Below are positions 1-10,913 of a stretch of 37,074 bases of DNA, piece by piece. The notes under the pieces are model-generated. The model worked only from the letters and a program-made list of their open reading frames with translations. It was not told where the DNA came from and made no database searches. The stretch comes from Woeseiaceae bacterium (GTDB taxonomy: Bacteria; Pseudomonadota; Gammaproteobacteria; Steroidobacterales; Woeseiaceae), in the NCBI GenBank assembly GCA_036259375.1, contig DATABW010000285.1, positions 1 through 37,074 on the forward strand, given 5' to 3'. Each line of letters starts with the position of its first letter. Position 1 is the first letter of the stretch. The position numbers were made by a program, and so were the translations under genes.

Positions 1-95
1 GGGACGTCGAGCGAGATCTGTCGCAGCAGGTACAGCTTGTTCTCTCCTTGCGGCACGGACTTTTCGATGTTCTTCGTGTGAATCAAGGATTCCAT
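1..95 (-). CDS. ABC transporter ATP-binding protein, N-terminal fragment (continues beyond window start)
   Basis: Reverse complement of 95..1 reads ATG GAA TCC TTG ... = MESLIHTKNIEKSVPQGENKLYLLRQISLDV. This resembles the pre-Walker-A N-terminus of LolD/MacB-type NBDs (compare IELTGVKKIFYTDEVETHALAGVHAEI in the ATPase at 25048..25788). It is absent from the ORF track because it is truncated. Confidence 0.5.
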   Translation of the reverse strand, partial: MESLIHTKNIEKSVPQGENKLYLLRQISLDV

Positions 96-171
96 GTCAT
101 TTCCCGTTTCCAAATCATGTTTTCGCGCAGCGCCCGCATCGGGGTGATTCGCCGGCGCGCCGCGCGGGGAT

Positions 172-210
172 GCAGCGGGCCCGCCTCACCACCGCGGCCC
201 TGACCTGACC
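172..210. repeat. Degenerate half-copy of the spacer palindrome family
   Basis: gcagcgggcccgcctcaccaccgcggccctgacctgacc aligns by eye with the left half of the 24982..25040 copy (gcagaagcgtctcacgggcggcctgacctcag). Confidence 0.3.
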
Positions 211-265
211 AGCCTTTGGGCGGCATAGCGAACGTCGTATGCAGCAGGGTTTCCATGACGGCTTC

Positions 266-2749
266 CTATGCGTGGCGTAGGGCATCCACCGGTGCAACGC
301 CGGTTGCGCGGCGGGCGGGCAGGACCGTGGCCAGCATGGCGACGGCGAATACACCGAAGCCGACCGCCGCGAACGTCGCTGGATCGGTGGCCGTGACGCC
401 GTATAAAAGGGATCCGAGCAGTCGTGTAGCAGCCAACGCAACAGCCAGCCCGATTGCCAGGCCGAAGGCCGCCAGCCGTGCCCCCTGCCCGGCCACGAGC
501 CCGATCACGTTCCCGCGGCTCGCTCCCAGCGCCATCCGGATGCCCAGTTCCGCAGTTCGCCGGGACACGATGTAGCTCAATACACCGTGGATACCGATGC
601 CCGCCAGCACAATCGCCACTGCGGCGAAGGCGCCGAGCAACAGCATCGTGAAACGCTGCCCGGAGACGCTGCGGCCGATCGTTTGCCGGAGCGGTTCGAC
701 ACCGAAGACTGCCAGCTCCGGATCGACATCGTGGATAGCCGAGCGCACGGAGGCCGCGAGAGCATCGGGGCGGCTACTCGTTCGCACCAGCAGCACCTCC
801 GAACCCAACGCGGGTGTCTGCGCAAGCGGCGTGTAAACGGCCGCCGGCGTGTCCGCCGTCAGCCCGTGGATTTTCTCGTTGGCGACAATACCCACAATGC
901 GCCTGTCGTCGCCCCAGAAGGCAATTCGCTGACCGATCGGATCCTGGTCCGGAAAATACCGGCTGGCGGCCGCCTCATTGATCAATGCCACCGTCGGCGC
1001 GTCGGTGCTGTCGGCTTCCGCGAATGCACGCCCGCGGTGCACGGCCAGGCGGACGGTATCGAAGTAGCCCGGCGTTACGCGCCGGATCGAAATTTCGGCG
1101 AAGCCCGCGGATTCCGCTTCCCGGCCCACGATCTGGAAAGAGTTGGTGAACCCCTGGTCCAGCGGGTGGCTGCCGGCGATGGCCGCGGCTTCCACACCGG
1201 GCAAGGCGTGCGTGCGCTCGAGCAGCGCGGCATTAAAGCGGTGCATCTCGCGGAAGTTCGGCCAGGTTGCGAAATCGGCGGGATAGCGGCTCTCCGGAAG
1301 CTGGAACTCGGCCTTGAGCACCTGCTCGGCACGAAATCCGGGATCGACCGCGAGGATCTGCCAGAAACTCTTCATCAGCAGCACTGCGCCCACGAGCAGC
1401 ACGACGGCGCCGGCGAGCTCGGCGACGACCAGGGCGGAGCGCAGCAGGCCGCGACCGGAGCTCTTCGTCCCGCCGGCCTCGGACTGCAATCCGCCTGTAA
1501 GATCGGCACGGCGGGCCTGCAGCGTCGGCACGAGGCCGAAAGCGACGCCGACAACCAACGAGATCGCCAGCGCTACGCCGAGCGGGCGCCAGTCGACGCC
1601 AACGGTCTCCAGCCGCGGAATGTCACCCGGCGCAAACCCCAGCAGCAGCTCCGTCCCCAGAACGGCGAGAACGACACCCGCCGCGCCCCCGACCAGTGCC
1701 AACAGGACGCCCTCCACCAGGAACTGCCGGGCCAACCGGCCGCCGCCGGCGCCGAGCGCCGCGCGAACCGCGACTTCCCGCGCGCGCCCGGACGACCGCG
1801 CCAGCAGCAGGTTGGCGACGTTGGCGCAGGCGACGAGCAGGACCAGCCCGACCGCGCAGAGCAGCACGAGCAATGCCGGGCGCACGTCGCCGAAGATGAC
1901 GGTGTCGAACGGCTCTACGTTCACACCGCGTGCGTCGTTCTCGGGGTACAGCCTTTCCAGCTCGGCGGCGATCGCCGCCAGCTCGAGCTGCGCAGCGTCG
2001 GGACCTGCTCCCCTGGTCAGCCGCCCGGCCACGAACATCGGGTGGGTATCGCGCGACCATTCTTCGGTGCTCTGCTGCAGCGGCATCCACACGCCGACCT
2101 GCTGGCGCCCGCCGCGATCCGCGAAACCGCGGGAGTAAGCCGCCGCTCCCAGGATCTGCAGCATCCCGAAGTCCGCGGAATCCGGAACGACGCCGACGAT
2201 GCTGTAGGCGACACCGTCCAGCCGTACCGTCCCGCCGAGCACTCCGGTATCTCGCCGGTAGAGCCGCTCCCATAGCCTTTCGGAGATCAGGACGACGTGG
2301 CCGCCGCCCGGCGCGGTTTCCTCAGCCGTGAAGGTTCGGCCGATTATCGGCTCGATGCCGAGCATCGGAAGCAGCTCGTGCGTGGACGACACGGCCGGCA
2401 GCCGCAGCGGCTCGCCACCCGCGTGTGTCAGGTTGACGTCGCCCGCAGCGAAGCCGGCCATTGTCTCGAAGGTTTCGCTTCGATCGCGGAAGTCGAGGTA
2501 ATCGGGAAGCGACGCCGGCTCGCGCGTCGTTCCGCTGTTTCGATCCGTCTCCCAGACCATCATCAGCCGTTCGGTTTCCGCAAACGGCGCGGGACGCAGC
2601 AACACGCCGTCGACGACGGAGAAGATCGCGGTATTGGCGCCTATGCCCAGTGCCAGCGTAACCACCGCGACAAGTGTAAACCCGGGGTTTTTCGCAAGCT
2701 GCCGAACGGCATAGCGAATGTCCTGGCCAATATTCGTTGTCAACTTCAC
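266..2749 (-). CDS. ADOP-type duplicated MacB/FtsX permease, paralogue 1 (827 aa)
   Basis: N-terminal TM1 signature [37 protein letters not shown]. Two FtsX-type blocks ([15 protein letters not shown]; [14 protein letters not shown]), each preceded by a long periplasmic segment. C-terminal tail VDALRHA. GTG start at 2749 with GGAGGG 7 nt upstream. Confidence 0.9.
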   Translation of the reverse strand: MKLTTNIGQDIRYAVRQLAKNPGFTLVAVVTLALGIGANTAIFSVVDGVLLRPAPFAETERLMMVWETDRNSGTTREPASLPDYLDFRDRSETFETMAGFAAGDVNLTHAGGEPLRLPAVSSTHELLPMLGIEPIIGRTFTAEETAPGGGHVVLISERLWERLYRRDTGVLGGTVRLDGVAYSIVGVVPDSADFGMLQILGAAAYSRGFADRGGRQQVGVWMPLQQSTEEWSRDTHPMFVAGRLTRGAGPDAAQLELAAIAAELERLYPENDARGVNVEPFDTVIFGDVRPALLVLLCAVGLVLLVACANVANLLLARSSGRAREVAVRAALGAGGGRLARQFLVEGVLLALVGGAAGVVLAVLGTELLLGFAPGDIPRLETVGVDWRPLGVALAISLVVGVAFGLVPTLQARRADLTGGLQSEAGGTKSSGRGLLRSALVVAELAGAVVLLVGAVLLMKSFWQILAVDPGFRAEQVLKAEFQLPESRYPADFATWPNFREMHRFNAALLERTHALPGVEAAAIAGSHPLDQGFTNSFQIVGREAESAGFAEISIRRVTPGYFDTVRLAVHRGRAFAEADSTDAPTVALINEAAASRYFPDQDPIGQRIAFWGDDRRIVGIVANEKIHGLTADTPAAVYTPLAQTPALGSEVLLVRTSSRPDALAASVRSAIHDVDPELAVFGVEPLRQTIGRSVSGQRFTMLLLGAFAAVAIVLAGIGIHGVLSYIVSRRTAELGIRMALGASRGNVIGLVAGQGARLAAFGLAIGLAVALAATRLLGSLLYGVTATDPATFAAVGFGVFAVAMLATVLPARRATGVAPVDALRHA

Positions 2750-2806
2750 TTGCCAGCCCTCCGGGCGGCATGCCGCAGCTCCTGCAAAAGAGGCTCCAAG
2801 GCGGAT

Positions 2807-3130
2807 TTATCCCGTCTTGCAAATCCGGGCGGCGGGCGATTGCGCCCGACACATCCGCTTGATGTTCTCGGCCTCCCGCACGATCACCCTGGCACGTGCG
2901 ATGATCTCCTGGCCTACCGGGGTAATCCGGATAAGATTTTTTCCATGGCGCACGAATATCTCCACGCCGAGTTCCTCTTCCAGCTGCTTGAGTTGCTTGC
3001 TGACACCCGGTTGGGAGGTGTAAAGGCTGTTTGCTGCGGCGGTCATGTTCAGTCCGTTGTCGGCAATCGCAACCACGTATTTCAGTTGTCGTAGTTTCAA
3101 AGCGAAGTTCCTTTCCAATACTCCATTCAT
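2807..3130 (-). pseudogene. CysB/Cbl-like LysR-family regulator, HTH domain only (effector-binding domain missing)
   Basis: MNGVLERNFALKLRQLKYVVAIADNGLNMTAAANSLYTSQPGVSKQLKQLEEELGVEIFVRHGKNLIRITPVGQEIIARARVIVREAENIK closely parallels E. coli CysB residues 1-85 ([49 protein letters not shown]...). The ORF stops after 107 aa, whereas LysR proteins are about 300 aa. ATG 3130 overlaps the upstream TGA (ATGA). An alternative TTG start at 3100 gives (M)KLRQLKYVV. The segment is visibly more AT-rich than its neighbours. Confidence 0.6.
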
Positions 3131-5553
3131 TCGTGGCGCAGCGCCGCCACCGGCTCCAGTTTTGCGGCCCGATGCGCCGGGAGCCAGCACGCGACGAGCG
3201 CCGCCAGCAGCAGCACCCCGGCGGACGCGGCAAACGCCACGGGATCGTAGACGCCGACGCCGTGCAGCAGGTTGCCGAGCACGCGCGCGAACGCTAGCGA
3301 AGCGACCGCACCCGCGGCGAGACCCGCCAGCACGGTGCGAAGACCGCGCAGGACGATTTCTCGCTCGATACGTCCGTCGGTCGCGCCCAGCGACTTGCGA
3401 ATTCCGATCTCGCCCGTAGCGCGCACCACCTGCTGCGACAGCACGGCGTACAGCCCGACCAGCGCCAGCAGCAAGGCGCTGATGCCGAATGCGGCGATCA
3501 CGGCGAGGCGAAAGGCGCTGTCGCGGTACAGCCACGCAATAAAGGTCTGGAGCGGATCCACCCAGTCCACCGCGGAGTTCGGCGCCACCTCGGCCAGCCG
3601 GCGCTTCAACGGCTCGACGAACGTCGCAGGATCGCCGTCCACGTGCACCAGGGGCGAAACGATGCGCCGCGGCAGCTGGCGCAAGGACAGGTACATCTCG
3701 AAGCGGTGCAGCGCATTCTCCATCGGTCCGCCGAATTTGGCGTCGCGAACCACGCCCACGACCCGGTATTCGGAGCCGTTCAGGCGAACGAGCTGGTTCA
3801 GCGCCTGCTCCGAACCGCCGAACTGCGCGGCAAGTGACGCGCTGATGATGGCGCTGTTCGTCTCCAGCCGATCTTCGCGCCCGTCGAAGCCTCGCCCTGC
3901 CACCAGCGGAATCGCCAACGCGTCGAAGAAGCTGTCGCCGACGATGAAGTTACTGACGCGCAGCCCTTCCGGCTCGTCCGTCTCAATGGCCGCGTGCTGC
4001 AGCCGCCCCACGACGGGTTCGATGAGCGGCGCCGTCGGCCACACGAGACCTACGTCTCTCACGCCCTGCTCCGAGCGAAGCGTCGATTCGAGCCGCTCGT
4101 AGAACGCCGGCAGCCCCTCGTCGTCCGGTACATCGGCAGTGTTCACGAACAAGCCCATCCGCAAGCGGTTTTCGGTCGCGAAGCCGAGATCGGTGTCGCC
4201 GAGCTCCAGGTACGACCGGCCGAGGAGCGCGGCCGCGGTCACCAGCATGAGCGTCAACGCCAGCTCCACGCCGACGAGCCGCGAGCCCCAGCGGCTGGCA
4301 TGACCGGAGCCCGCCACCTTCGAATTTCCCTCACGCAGCGCCTCGGCCGCATCGACGCGGGCACCCAGCCAGGCCGGCAGCGCGGCCGCCGCGAAACCGG
4401 CCAGGAGGAGCACGGCGAAGGTCACTGCCAGCGTCGGCAGCTGCGGCGCCGGCTCCAGGTAACCGGGCACTGTGACGTCCGCGATTCCGAGAAAGAAATT
4501 GAGCAGCGGCGCCGCGAGGAGAACGCCCACGACCCCGCCGACGAACGCCAGCAGCATCGTTTCGCCGAGCACCTGCACCAGCAATTGCCGGCGCCCGGCG
4601 CCCAGCGCGCCGCGAACGGCGAACTCATGCCGCCGCTCGAGTGTGCGAGCCAGCAGCAACAGCGCCACGTTCACGACGGCGATTCCGAGCAGCAACAGGG
4701 CCGCCAGTCCGAACGCGGCGCTGGCGGTGCGGAACGGCGAACGCCAGTTCGCGCCGAACGGCTCGACGGTAAAGACGTGATCGTTTGCGAACGCGTCGAA
4801 TTCCCCTTCCAGCGCCGCGTTCAACGCATCGGCCTGCGCCTGCGCCTGTGCAAGCGTGGCTCCCGGCGCGAGCCGGCCCAGCGCGAGGAGGGCCTGCGCC
4901 GAGCGATCCTCCTGCAGCTCGTCGGTGAAGTAGTTCTCGAGTGGAATCCAGAACTCGAGATCGGGCATGTCCTCTTCGGTCGTGCCCACGAACTCGGGCG
5001 GCAGTACGCCGACAATCGTGTAAACGGCACCGGTGCCGTCGACCTGGTAGCTCACCCGCAGGGGCTGTCCCAGTACCTTCTCGTCGTAATTGAACTCGCG
5101 TCCCCAGGTGTCGTAGCTGAGAAGCAGTACGGCATCACCCCGCCGGTGTTCTTCCGCGCTGATCATGCGGCCGATGTATGGCTGGACGTCGAGCAGGTCG
5201 AAATACCCGGCGGTGATCGCCTCACCCTCCACCCGCCGCCCGATATCGCCCTCCCGGTGCCAGACCAGCCGCGCCCGTGCCGCGCTCTCGAGGGCGTCCA
5301 GCGCGGTGAGTCGCTCGCGAAGATCGCCGAAATCCCGGTAAGCGAGCATGTCGCGCTGCTCCGTACCGGCCTCCGAGTTCCAGATCCGGACGAACCGGTC
5401 GGCATCCGGGAACGGCGGCGCACGAAACGTCGTGAGGTCGATCAAGGTCGCGACCGCGGCGGTGGCGGCCATGCCGAGCGCGATGCAGAAAACGACCGCC
5501 AGGCTCAGTCGCGGGCTGCGGCGCAGGCCGCGGAACAGGATATTGAGATTCAC
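3127..5553 (-). CDS. ADOP-type duplicated MacB/FtsX permease, paralogue 2 (808 aa, divergent TM1)
   Basis: GTG start at 5553 with AAGGAG 9 nt upstream. TM1 is LSLAVVFCIALGMAATAAVATLID. FtsX blocks LLLLGIAVVNVALLLLART and RATGEIGIRKSLGA. C-terminal tail VAALRHE. Confidence 0.88.
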   Translation of the reverse strand: MNLNILFRGLRRSPRLSLAVVFCIALGMAATAAVATLIDLTTFRAPPFPDADRFVRIWNSEAGTEQRDMLAYRDFGDLRERLTALDALESAARARLVWHREGDIGRRVEGEAITAGYFDLLDVQPYIGRMISAEEHRRGDAVLLLSYDTWGREFNYDEKVLGQPLRVSYQVDGTGAVYTIVGVLPPEFVGTTEEDMPDLEFWIPLENYFTDELQEDRSAQALLALGRLAPGATLAQAQAQADALNAALEGEFDAFANDHVFTVEPFGANWRSPFRTASAAFGLAALLLLGIAVVNVALLLLARTLERRHEFAVRGALGAGRRQLLVQVLGETMLLAFVGGVVGVLLAAPLLNFFLGIADVTVPGYLEPAPQLPTLAVTFAVLLLAGFAAAALPAWLGARVDAAEALREGNSKVAGSGHASRWGSRLVGVELALTLMLVTAAALLGRSYLELGDTDLGFATENRLRMGLFVNTADVPDDEGLPAFYERLESTLRSEQGVRDVGLVWPTAPLIEPVVGRLQHAAIETDEPEGLRVSNFIVGDSFFDALAIPLVAGRGFDGREDRLETNSAIISASLAAQFGGSEQALNQLVRLNGSEYRVVGVVRDAKFGGPMENALHRFEMYLSLRQLPRRIVSPLVHVDGDPATFVEPLKRRLAEVAPNSAVDWVDPLQTFIAWLYRDSAFRLAVIAAFGISALLLALVGLYAVLSQQVVRATGEIGIRKSLGATDGRIEREIVLRGLRTVLAGLAAGAVASLAFARVLGNLLHGVGVYDPVAFAASAGVLLLAALVACWLPAHRAAKLEPVAALRHE

Positions 5554-5571
5554 CGGGTGTTCACTCCTTAA

Positions 5572-8106
5572 TCATTCCTCGCGCAGCACGCGCATGGGTT
5601 CGACGCGAGCAGCGCGCCATGCCGGCACGAAGCTGGCGGCCAGCGCAATCAGCGCGAAGAACAGCGCCGTGGCCAGGTAGGTCGGCAGATCGGTCGGCGT
5701 CACGCCCACGAGGAAGCCGCTGATGCTGCGACTCAATCCGACGGCCGCGACAGCGCCCAGGGACAGCCCGGCCGCGGCCAGCGCCAGTCCATAGCGCAGA
5801 AAAAGGTGAAAGATGTGGCGGCCCTCCGCGCCGAACGACATGCGCACGCCGATTTCGGCACGGCGGCTTCGAACCACGTAATAAATTACCGCATAAAGGC
5901 CAATGGCGGCGATCACCAGCGCGGCCGCGCCGAAGGCACCGATCAGCTGCAGCGCAAAACGTGTCCGCGCCATCGAATCGGCGAGGTAATCGCCCATCGG
6001 CCTGATCTTCGCAAGCGGCAGGCGAGCGTCGAGCCGGGCGAGCTCCCGCTTGATCTGCGGCACGAGGCTCAGCGGCTCGAGCTCGGTGCGCACGACCCAG
6101 TCGTTGATGCCGCCGACGGCGCCGGCGGTGCCATTGGCGAAATAAATTGTCTCGCGCGGCACCTCGTGCAGGCTTTCCTGTGCCTGGTGCCGCACGACGC
6201 CGACGACCTCGTAGGACGTCATCTCCGGGGTCGTCAGGCGCACCCAGACCCGCTGACCGATCGGGTCGGCGCCGGGCCAGGATTTCTGCGCCAGCGTATC
6301 GTCGACGACGACATACGGTCGCGCGTTCTTGTCGTCATCGCGTGTCAGGTAGCGTCCGGCCAAAAGCTCCGCCTGCGTCGTCTCGAAGTAGCCCGGCAGC
6401 ACCACGCGGTAATGCGCCTGGCTGAACTCGCTGGATTCATCGACCGCTGCGGCAGTGCTGTAGCGGCCGTGGAAAGGCTCGCCCGCCAGCGGCAGCGGCG
6501 TGATGCCTGACGCTGCCACCACGCCGGGAAGGTTCGAGAGGCGCTCCTGGAACGCTTCGAAGAAACGGCTTTGCGATTCGGGATCCGGGTAGCGTGTGAA
6601 CGGCAGGTTCAATTCGAAGGTCAGGAGCGGCTCCGCGTCGAAGCCGGGATCGACGCGTTGCAGTTCCATGAAGCTCCGGATCATGAGCCCTGTGCCGATC
6701 AAGAGCACGAAAGACAACGCGATCTCTCCCACGACCAGCCCGGTCCGCAGCCGGTTTCCACCGGAGGACCCGGCCATGCCGGTCCGCTCCTTGAGTTGAT
6801 CCACGATGCGCAGGCGGGACCCGTGTACCGCGGGGACGAGTCCGGCGAGAACGGTCGTCAGCGCCGCAACGGCGATCGTGAACAGCAGCACGCCCCCGTC
6901 TATACCGGCGGTGTCGAGTCGCGCGATGTTGTCCGGCGCGGAAAGCAGCAGTAGCTTCAGGCCGGCGAACGCCAGCAGCGCGCCGGCCGCCGCTCCGGCC
7001 AGCGCGAGGACGCCCGCTTCGAGCAACATCTGCCGGATGAGGCGGCCGCGTCCCGCACCAAGAGCGGAGCGTACCGACAGCTCCCGTATGCGGCCCGCGG
7101 CACGCACCAGCAACAGGTTCGCCACGTTTGCGCAGGCAATCAGGAGAACGAAGAACGCGGCGCCGAACAGCGCCCACAAGGTCGCCCGGACATCCGCGGT
7201 CAACTCGGTATCGAACGGCCGGACCCACTTGCGCGAGCCCCCGGCTGCGAAGGACGGCTCTACCTCGCTGAGACGCGCGGATATCGCGTCCATCTCGTCC
7301 TGGGCCTGCGCGACCGTCACGCCGTCTTTCAGACGGCCGATCATTTGCATGAACACGTTGTTCCGCGGCGCGGCGGCGAGATCGACCCGCGACGGCACCC
7401 AGATGTCGATGTCCGACGCCACGCCCGCCGGCGCCGGCATGTGCAGGCGGAAATTCGGCGGCAGCACGCCCACGATCTCGACCGGGCCGCCGCCCAGCTC
7501 GACGATTTCACCGACCGCTCCCGGATCGCCGCCGAACTCGCGCTGCCACAAGCCATGACTGATGATGGCCGTGCGCGGCGGTGCAAACGCGTTCCCGGGA
7601 GGCGGAGTGCCGGGCGGCACGTCGGAGGCGCTGAAGGCGCCGTCCTTCGCATCGAATCCGCGGCCGAGCATCGGCTCCACGCCCAGCACGGACAGGAAAT
7701 TCCAGGTCGCTATGCCCGCAGTCAGTTGCCGCGGTTCGGCGCCGTCGCGCACGAAAGGCTGACCGAAGCTGAAGACGCCGGCGAGATCCTGGAAGAGTTG
7801 CGACTGTTGCCGATAATCCTCGAGGTTGGTCGGCGACTCCGGGAAATGCATGACATCGCGCGCGGCAAGCTCGCCCCAGATCATGACCAGCCGGTCCGGC
7901 TCGCGATACGGCAGCGGATCGAGCAATACCCGGTTCACGACGCTGAATATCGCCGTGGTGGCGCCAATGCCGAGGGCGAGCAGCAACACGGCGCTGGCAA
8001 AAAGCGCGGGGCTTTTCAGCAACGAGCGGAACACGTGCTTCAAATCAAAAGCCAGGTTTGTCACTAGAGCATCCTCGATCGCTGGTCGGCTGAGTTCTCG
8101 CCGCAT
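5572..8106 (-). CDS. ADOP-type duplicated MacB/FtsX permease, paralogue 3 (844 aa, or 830 aa from GTG 8064)
   Basis: [37 protein letters not shown]; [16 protein letters not shown]; [13 protein letters not shown]; tail MRVLREE. GTG at 8064 has a GAGGA 7 nt upstream and matches the N-terminal length of the other paralogues better than ATG 8106. Confidence 0.88.
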   Translation of the reverse strand: MRRELSRPAIEDALVTNLAFDLKHVFRSLLKSPALFASAVLLLALGIGATTAIFSVVNRVLLDPLPYREPDRLVMIWGELAARDVMHFPESPTNLEDYRQQSQLFQDLAGVFSFGQPFVRDGAEPRQLTAGIATWNFLSVLGVEPMLGRGFDAKDGAFSASDVPPGTPPPGNAFAPPRTAIISHGLWQREFGGDPGAVGEIVELGGGPVEIVGVLPPNFRLHMPAPAGVASDIDIWVPSRVDLAAAPRNNVFMQMIGRLKDGVTVAQAQDEMDAISARLSEVEPSFAAGGSRKWVRPFDTELTADVRATLWALFGAAFFVLLIACANVANLLLVRAAGRIRELSVRSALGAGRGRLIRQMLLEAGVLALAGAAAGALLAFAGLKLLLLSAPDNIARLDTAGIDGGVLLFTIAVAALTTVLAGLVPAVHGSRLRIVDQLKERTGMAGSSGGNRLRTGLVVGEIALSFVLLIGTGLMIRSFMELQRVDPGFDAEPLLTFELNLPFTRYPDPESQSRFFEAFQERLSNLPGVVAASGITPLPLAGEPFHGRYSTAAAVDESSEFSQAHYRVVLPGYFETTQAELLAGRYLTRDDDKNARPYVVVDDTLAQKSWPGADPIGQRVWVRLTTPEMTSYEVVGVVRHQAQESLHEVPRETIYFANGTAGAVGGINDWVVRTELEPLSLVPQIKRELARLDARLPLAKIRPMGDYLADSMARTRFALQLIGAFGAAALVIAAIGLYAVIYYVVRSRRAEIGVRMSFGAEGRHIFHLFLRYGLALAAAGLSLGAVAAVGLSRSISGFLVGVTPTDLPTYLATALFFALIALAASFVPAWRAARVEPMRVLREE

Positions 8107-8138
8107 GGCGGCGCGCGACGGCGACGCCGGGTCAGTGT

Positions 8139-8166
8139 CTGCAGTGTGATCTTCACGGGCAATGCC
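8139..8166. repeat. Degenerate half-copy of the spacer palindrome family
   Basis: ctgcagtgtgatcttcacgggcaatgcc resembles the left half cagaagcgtctcacgggcggcc of the 24982..25040 copy. No matching right half was seen. Confidence 0.3.
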
Positions 8167-8173
8167 GCCACGC

Positions 8174-10585
8174 CTATTCCTCCCGCAACACGCGCATCGG
8201 CTGCGTGCGCCCTGCGCGCCAGGCGGGTATTGCCGTCGCAGCCAGCGCCACGGCGAGCAGCAGCGCGGCGACGCCGCCGAAGACCAGGGGGTCCAATGGA
8301 TGCACCTCGTACAACAGCGCGCCGAATCCGCGCGTGATGAGCGCGGTCAGCGCCAGCCCGATGCCGATACCCGCCAGCGCGAGCAGCATTCCCTGCCGCA
8401 GGACGAGGCTGAGCACGGTTCCGCCGCTGGCACCCAGCGCCATGCGCACGCCGAATTCGCGCCGTCGTTGCGCCGCTGCATAGGACAGCGTTCCGTACAC
8501 GCCGATTACGGCGATGAGCAACGCCGCCGCCGCAAAGGCGCCGACGAGCGCTGCGGTCGAGCGCGCCGGCTGCAGGGAGGCATCGACCAGCGCCGTCATC
8601 GGGCGCACGCTGTCAACGGCGACCGTCGGGTCCAGCGCCGCCACCGCATCGCGCAGCGGCCCTGCCAGCAGCAACGGATCGCCGGCGGCTTGCAGGGCAA
8701 GAAACAGCAGGCGCTGGGGATAGAGGTACAGCGGCAGGTAGGCCGCCGGCGTCTGCCGCTGGTCGACACCGAAGAACCGCACGTCGTCGACGACGCCGAT
8801 GATCGTGAGCCAGTTGCCGTCGCCGGGATCGCCCGGCGTTACGCGCTGACCCACCGCGTCGGTGCCGCCGAAATACTGCCGCGCGAAAGCTGCGTTAACG
8901 ACGATGTGCCCTGCGCTTCCGTTCCGGTCCTGCTCGGTGAAAACGCGCCCCTGCACCGGGCGGATATTCAGCGCTTCCAGATAGCCGGGAGTCACGATGC
9001 TGTACCACATGTGCGCGCGCCCGTCCCGCCGCTCCGTCGGCCGGCCTTCGATGAACAGGCTGGCATCGGTATTGAGGTCCGCCAGCGGCAATGAATGCGT
9101 CAGGCCTGCTTGCCTGACGCCGGGCAGCGCCCCCAGCCGCTCGTCGAGCGCGTGCTGGAAAGCCCGCAATGCGTCCGCATCCCCGTAGGAGGCCTCCGGC
9201 AGGGTGATGGTCGCGGTGAGGACACCGTCGGCCCGGAAGCCGGGATCGACCGCTTCCAGCTTGACCAGGCTCCTGGCGAACAGGCCGGCGCCGACGGTAA
9301 GCGCGAGCGCCAGCGCGAAGTTGGCGACCACCAGCACGTTACGCGTGCGCGACGATATCGAGGTGTTTCCGCCACGCTCGCCGCCACGCAGTACGCCGAC
9401 GGGATCGGCACCGCCGGCCCGGAACGCCGGAATCAGACCGAACGCGATACCGGTAACGAGGCCGGCCAGCACCGCGACCGCAAGCACCCGCAGGTCGATG
9501 ACGGGCGCGACGTACTCGGTGATGCCGCCCGGCAGCTGGCTGTGCATTGCGCTTATCGCGAGTTCGGCGAACAGGAGCCCGAGCAAGGTGCCGCCGAGCG
9601 AGAGCAGCACACTTTCGAGGACCACCAGCTTCATCAGCGCCCCGCGCCGCGCGCCCAATGTGCCACGGATCGCAAGCTCGCGCGCCCGGCCGGCCGCCCG
9701 CACCAGCAGCAGGTTCGCGATGTTCACGCAGGCCACGAGCAGCACGAAACCCACTGCCGCCCACAGCACCAGCAGGCGGAGGCGGACGCCGTCCACTACA
9801 GCATCCTTCAGCGGCTGGACGTAAATGCCGATATCTTCGTTCGTCTCCCGGAACTCACTGCTGATGCGCGCGGCGATGGTGCTCATGTCCGCGGTTGCGC
9901 TTTCGATGTCAGCGCCAGGCGCCAGCCGCCCGATGACGCGCAGGAAGGCACTGCCCCGCCCCTCGCGTTCGGCTTGCAATAACGTCCAGACGTCGCGATC
10001 GGGCATGAACGGAAAGGAGAAGCCGCGCGGCAGCACTCCGATGATGCTGTAAGGCTCGCCATTGAGCGTCAGCGTCTGCTGCAATACGCCGGGATCGCTC
10101 TTCAGCTCGCCCCGCCAGAAGGCATTACTGACGACCGCCACGTTCGGTCCGTTCGGCACGTCCTCCTGCGCGGCGAACCCACGACCGATCTGCAATCGGA
10201 TACCGAGCACGTCGAAGAACGAGTGGCTGACCCCGGCCCCGGCCAGCAGGCGCGGATCGCCGAACCCCGTCAGAGCCGGGCTCGTCTCCTCGTAGGCCGC
10301 CATGTCCTCGATCGTGCGGGACTGCTCCCGCCAATCGGCGAAATCCGCGGGGTTGGTGTAGTCGTCACGCTGCGCGCCTCGCTTGCTCCAGTCCGCCCAT
10401 ACGGCGACGAGGCGTTCCGGCTCCGGATACGGCAGCGACCGGAGCAGCGTCTGGTCGACCAGGCTGAAGACCGCCGTATTCGCGCCTATCGCGAGCGCAA
10501 GCGTCAGCAGCGTCACGACGGTGAACACGGGCGTGCGCCGCAATCCGCGGAGCACGTGTCTCAAATCGAGCGAGTTCAGGAGCAT
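8174..10585 (-). CDS. ADOP-type duplicated MacB/FtsX permease, paralogue 4 (803 aa)
   Basis: [37 protein letters not shown]; [16 protein letters not shown]; [13 protein letters not shown]; tail MRVLREE. ATG 10585 is preceded by AAGGAT. Confidence 0.9.
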   Translation of the reverse strand: MLLNSLDLRHVLRGLRRTPVFTVVTLLTLALAIGANTAVFSLVDQTLLRSLPYPEPERLVAVWADWSKRGAQRDDYTNPADFADWREQSRTIEDMAAYEETSPALTGFGDPRLLAGAGVSHSFFDVLGIRLQIGRGFAAQEDVPNGPNVAVVSNAFWRGELKSDPGVLQQTLTLNGEPYSIIGVLPRGFSFPFMPDRDVWTLLQAEREGRGSAFLRVIGRLAPGADIESATADMSTIAARISSEFRETNEDIGIYVQPLKDAVVDGVRLRLLVLWAAVGFVLLVACVNIANLLLVRAAGRARELAIRGTLGARRGALMKLVVLESVLLSLGGTLLGLLFAELAISAMHSQLPGGITEYVAPVIDLRVLAVAVLAGLVTGIAFGLIPAFRAGGADPVGVLRGGERGGNTSISSRTRNVLVVANFALALALTVGAGLFARSLVKLEAVDPGFRADGVLTATITLPEASYGDADALRAFQHALDERLGALPGVRQAGLTHSLPLADLNTDASLFIEGRPTERRDGRAHMWYSIVTPGYLEALNIRPVQGRVFTEQDRNGSAGHIVVNAAFARQYFGGTDAVGQRVTPGDPGDGNWLTIIGVVDDVRFFGVDQRQTPAAYLPLYLYPQRLLFLALQAAGDPLLLAGPLRDAVAALDPTVAVDSVRPMTALVDASLQPARSTAALVGAFAAAALLIAVIGVYGTLSYAAAQRRREFGVRMALGASGGTVLSLVLRQGMLLALAGIGIGLALTALITRGFGALLYEVHPLDPLVFGGVAALLLAVALAATAIPAWRAGRTQPMRVLREE

Positions 10586-10598
10586 CGCTTATCCTTAT

Positions 10599-10913
10599 TC
10601 AGCGCGGCCGCCGCGAACACGTCGAGCAGCAGCATGTAAAACCGCGGCTGTGCCACCGAATCGGCAGGCGCTGCTCCATCTTCCGCAGGTCGTCCAGCGG
10701 CAGTTGGCTATCGATTAGATGCAGCTCGTCGCGAATCGGTTTGGCAAGCAACGCCGGCGGCAGCGGCTTCAGCAGCACGCTGTTGACGACGCTGAAAATG
10801 GCCGTGTTTGCGCCAATGCCGATGGCGCGCGTCAAAACCGCGACCGCGCTGAAGCCCGGGCTCTTCAGCAGTGCCCGAATGGCGTAACGAAGATCGTGCA
10901 GCACGCTACTCAT
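10599..10913 (-). pseudogene. Decayed ADOP permease copy (N-terminal 52 aa joined to a C-terminal segment, then frameshifted and truncated)
   Basis: [52 protein letters not shown] is a normal ADOP N-terminus. It is followed directly by [31 protein letters not shown], which corresponds to the end of the second periplasmic domain (compare [25 protein letters not shown] in paralogue 5). A frame change near 10662 exposes [22 protein letters not shown], the next TM helix. The sequence then runs into the RBS and ATG of paralogue 4. Confidence 0.75.

Noticed and set aside
587-2275. Very long ORFs antisense to the annotated genes. Examples: 587..2275 (+), 3994..5571 (+), 13235..14950 (+), 15856..17565 (-), 19025..20845 (+), 23056..25812 (+), 25713..27317 (+), 25801..27423 (-), 31354..32604 (-).
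   Set aside because: Their translations are Arg/Gly/Ala/Pro/Asp-rich low-complexity strings with no recognisable motifs. Each is the mirror of a gene with clear family signatures. Such shadow ORFs are expected when third codon positions are nearly all G/C.
2753-2801. Possible additional copy of the spacer palindrome upstream of paralogue 1 (ccagccctccgggcggc…aaaagaggctccaagg).
   Set aside because: Part of the similarity is the Shine-Dalgarno sequence (GGAGGG on the coding strand) for GTG 2749, and the rest is weak. It is not counted as a confident copy.
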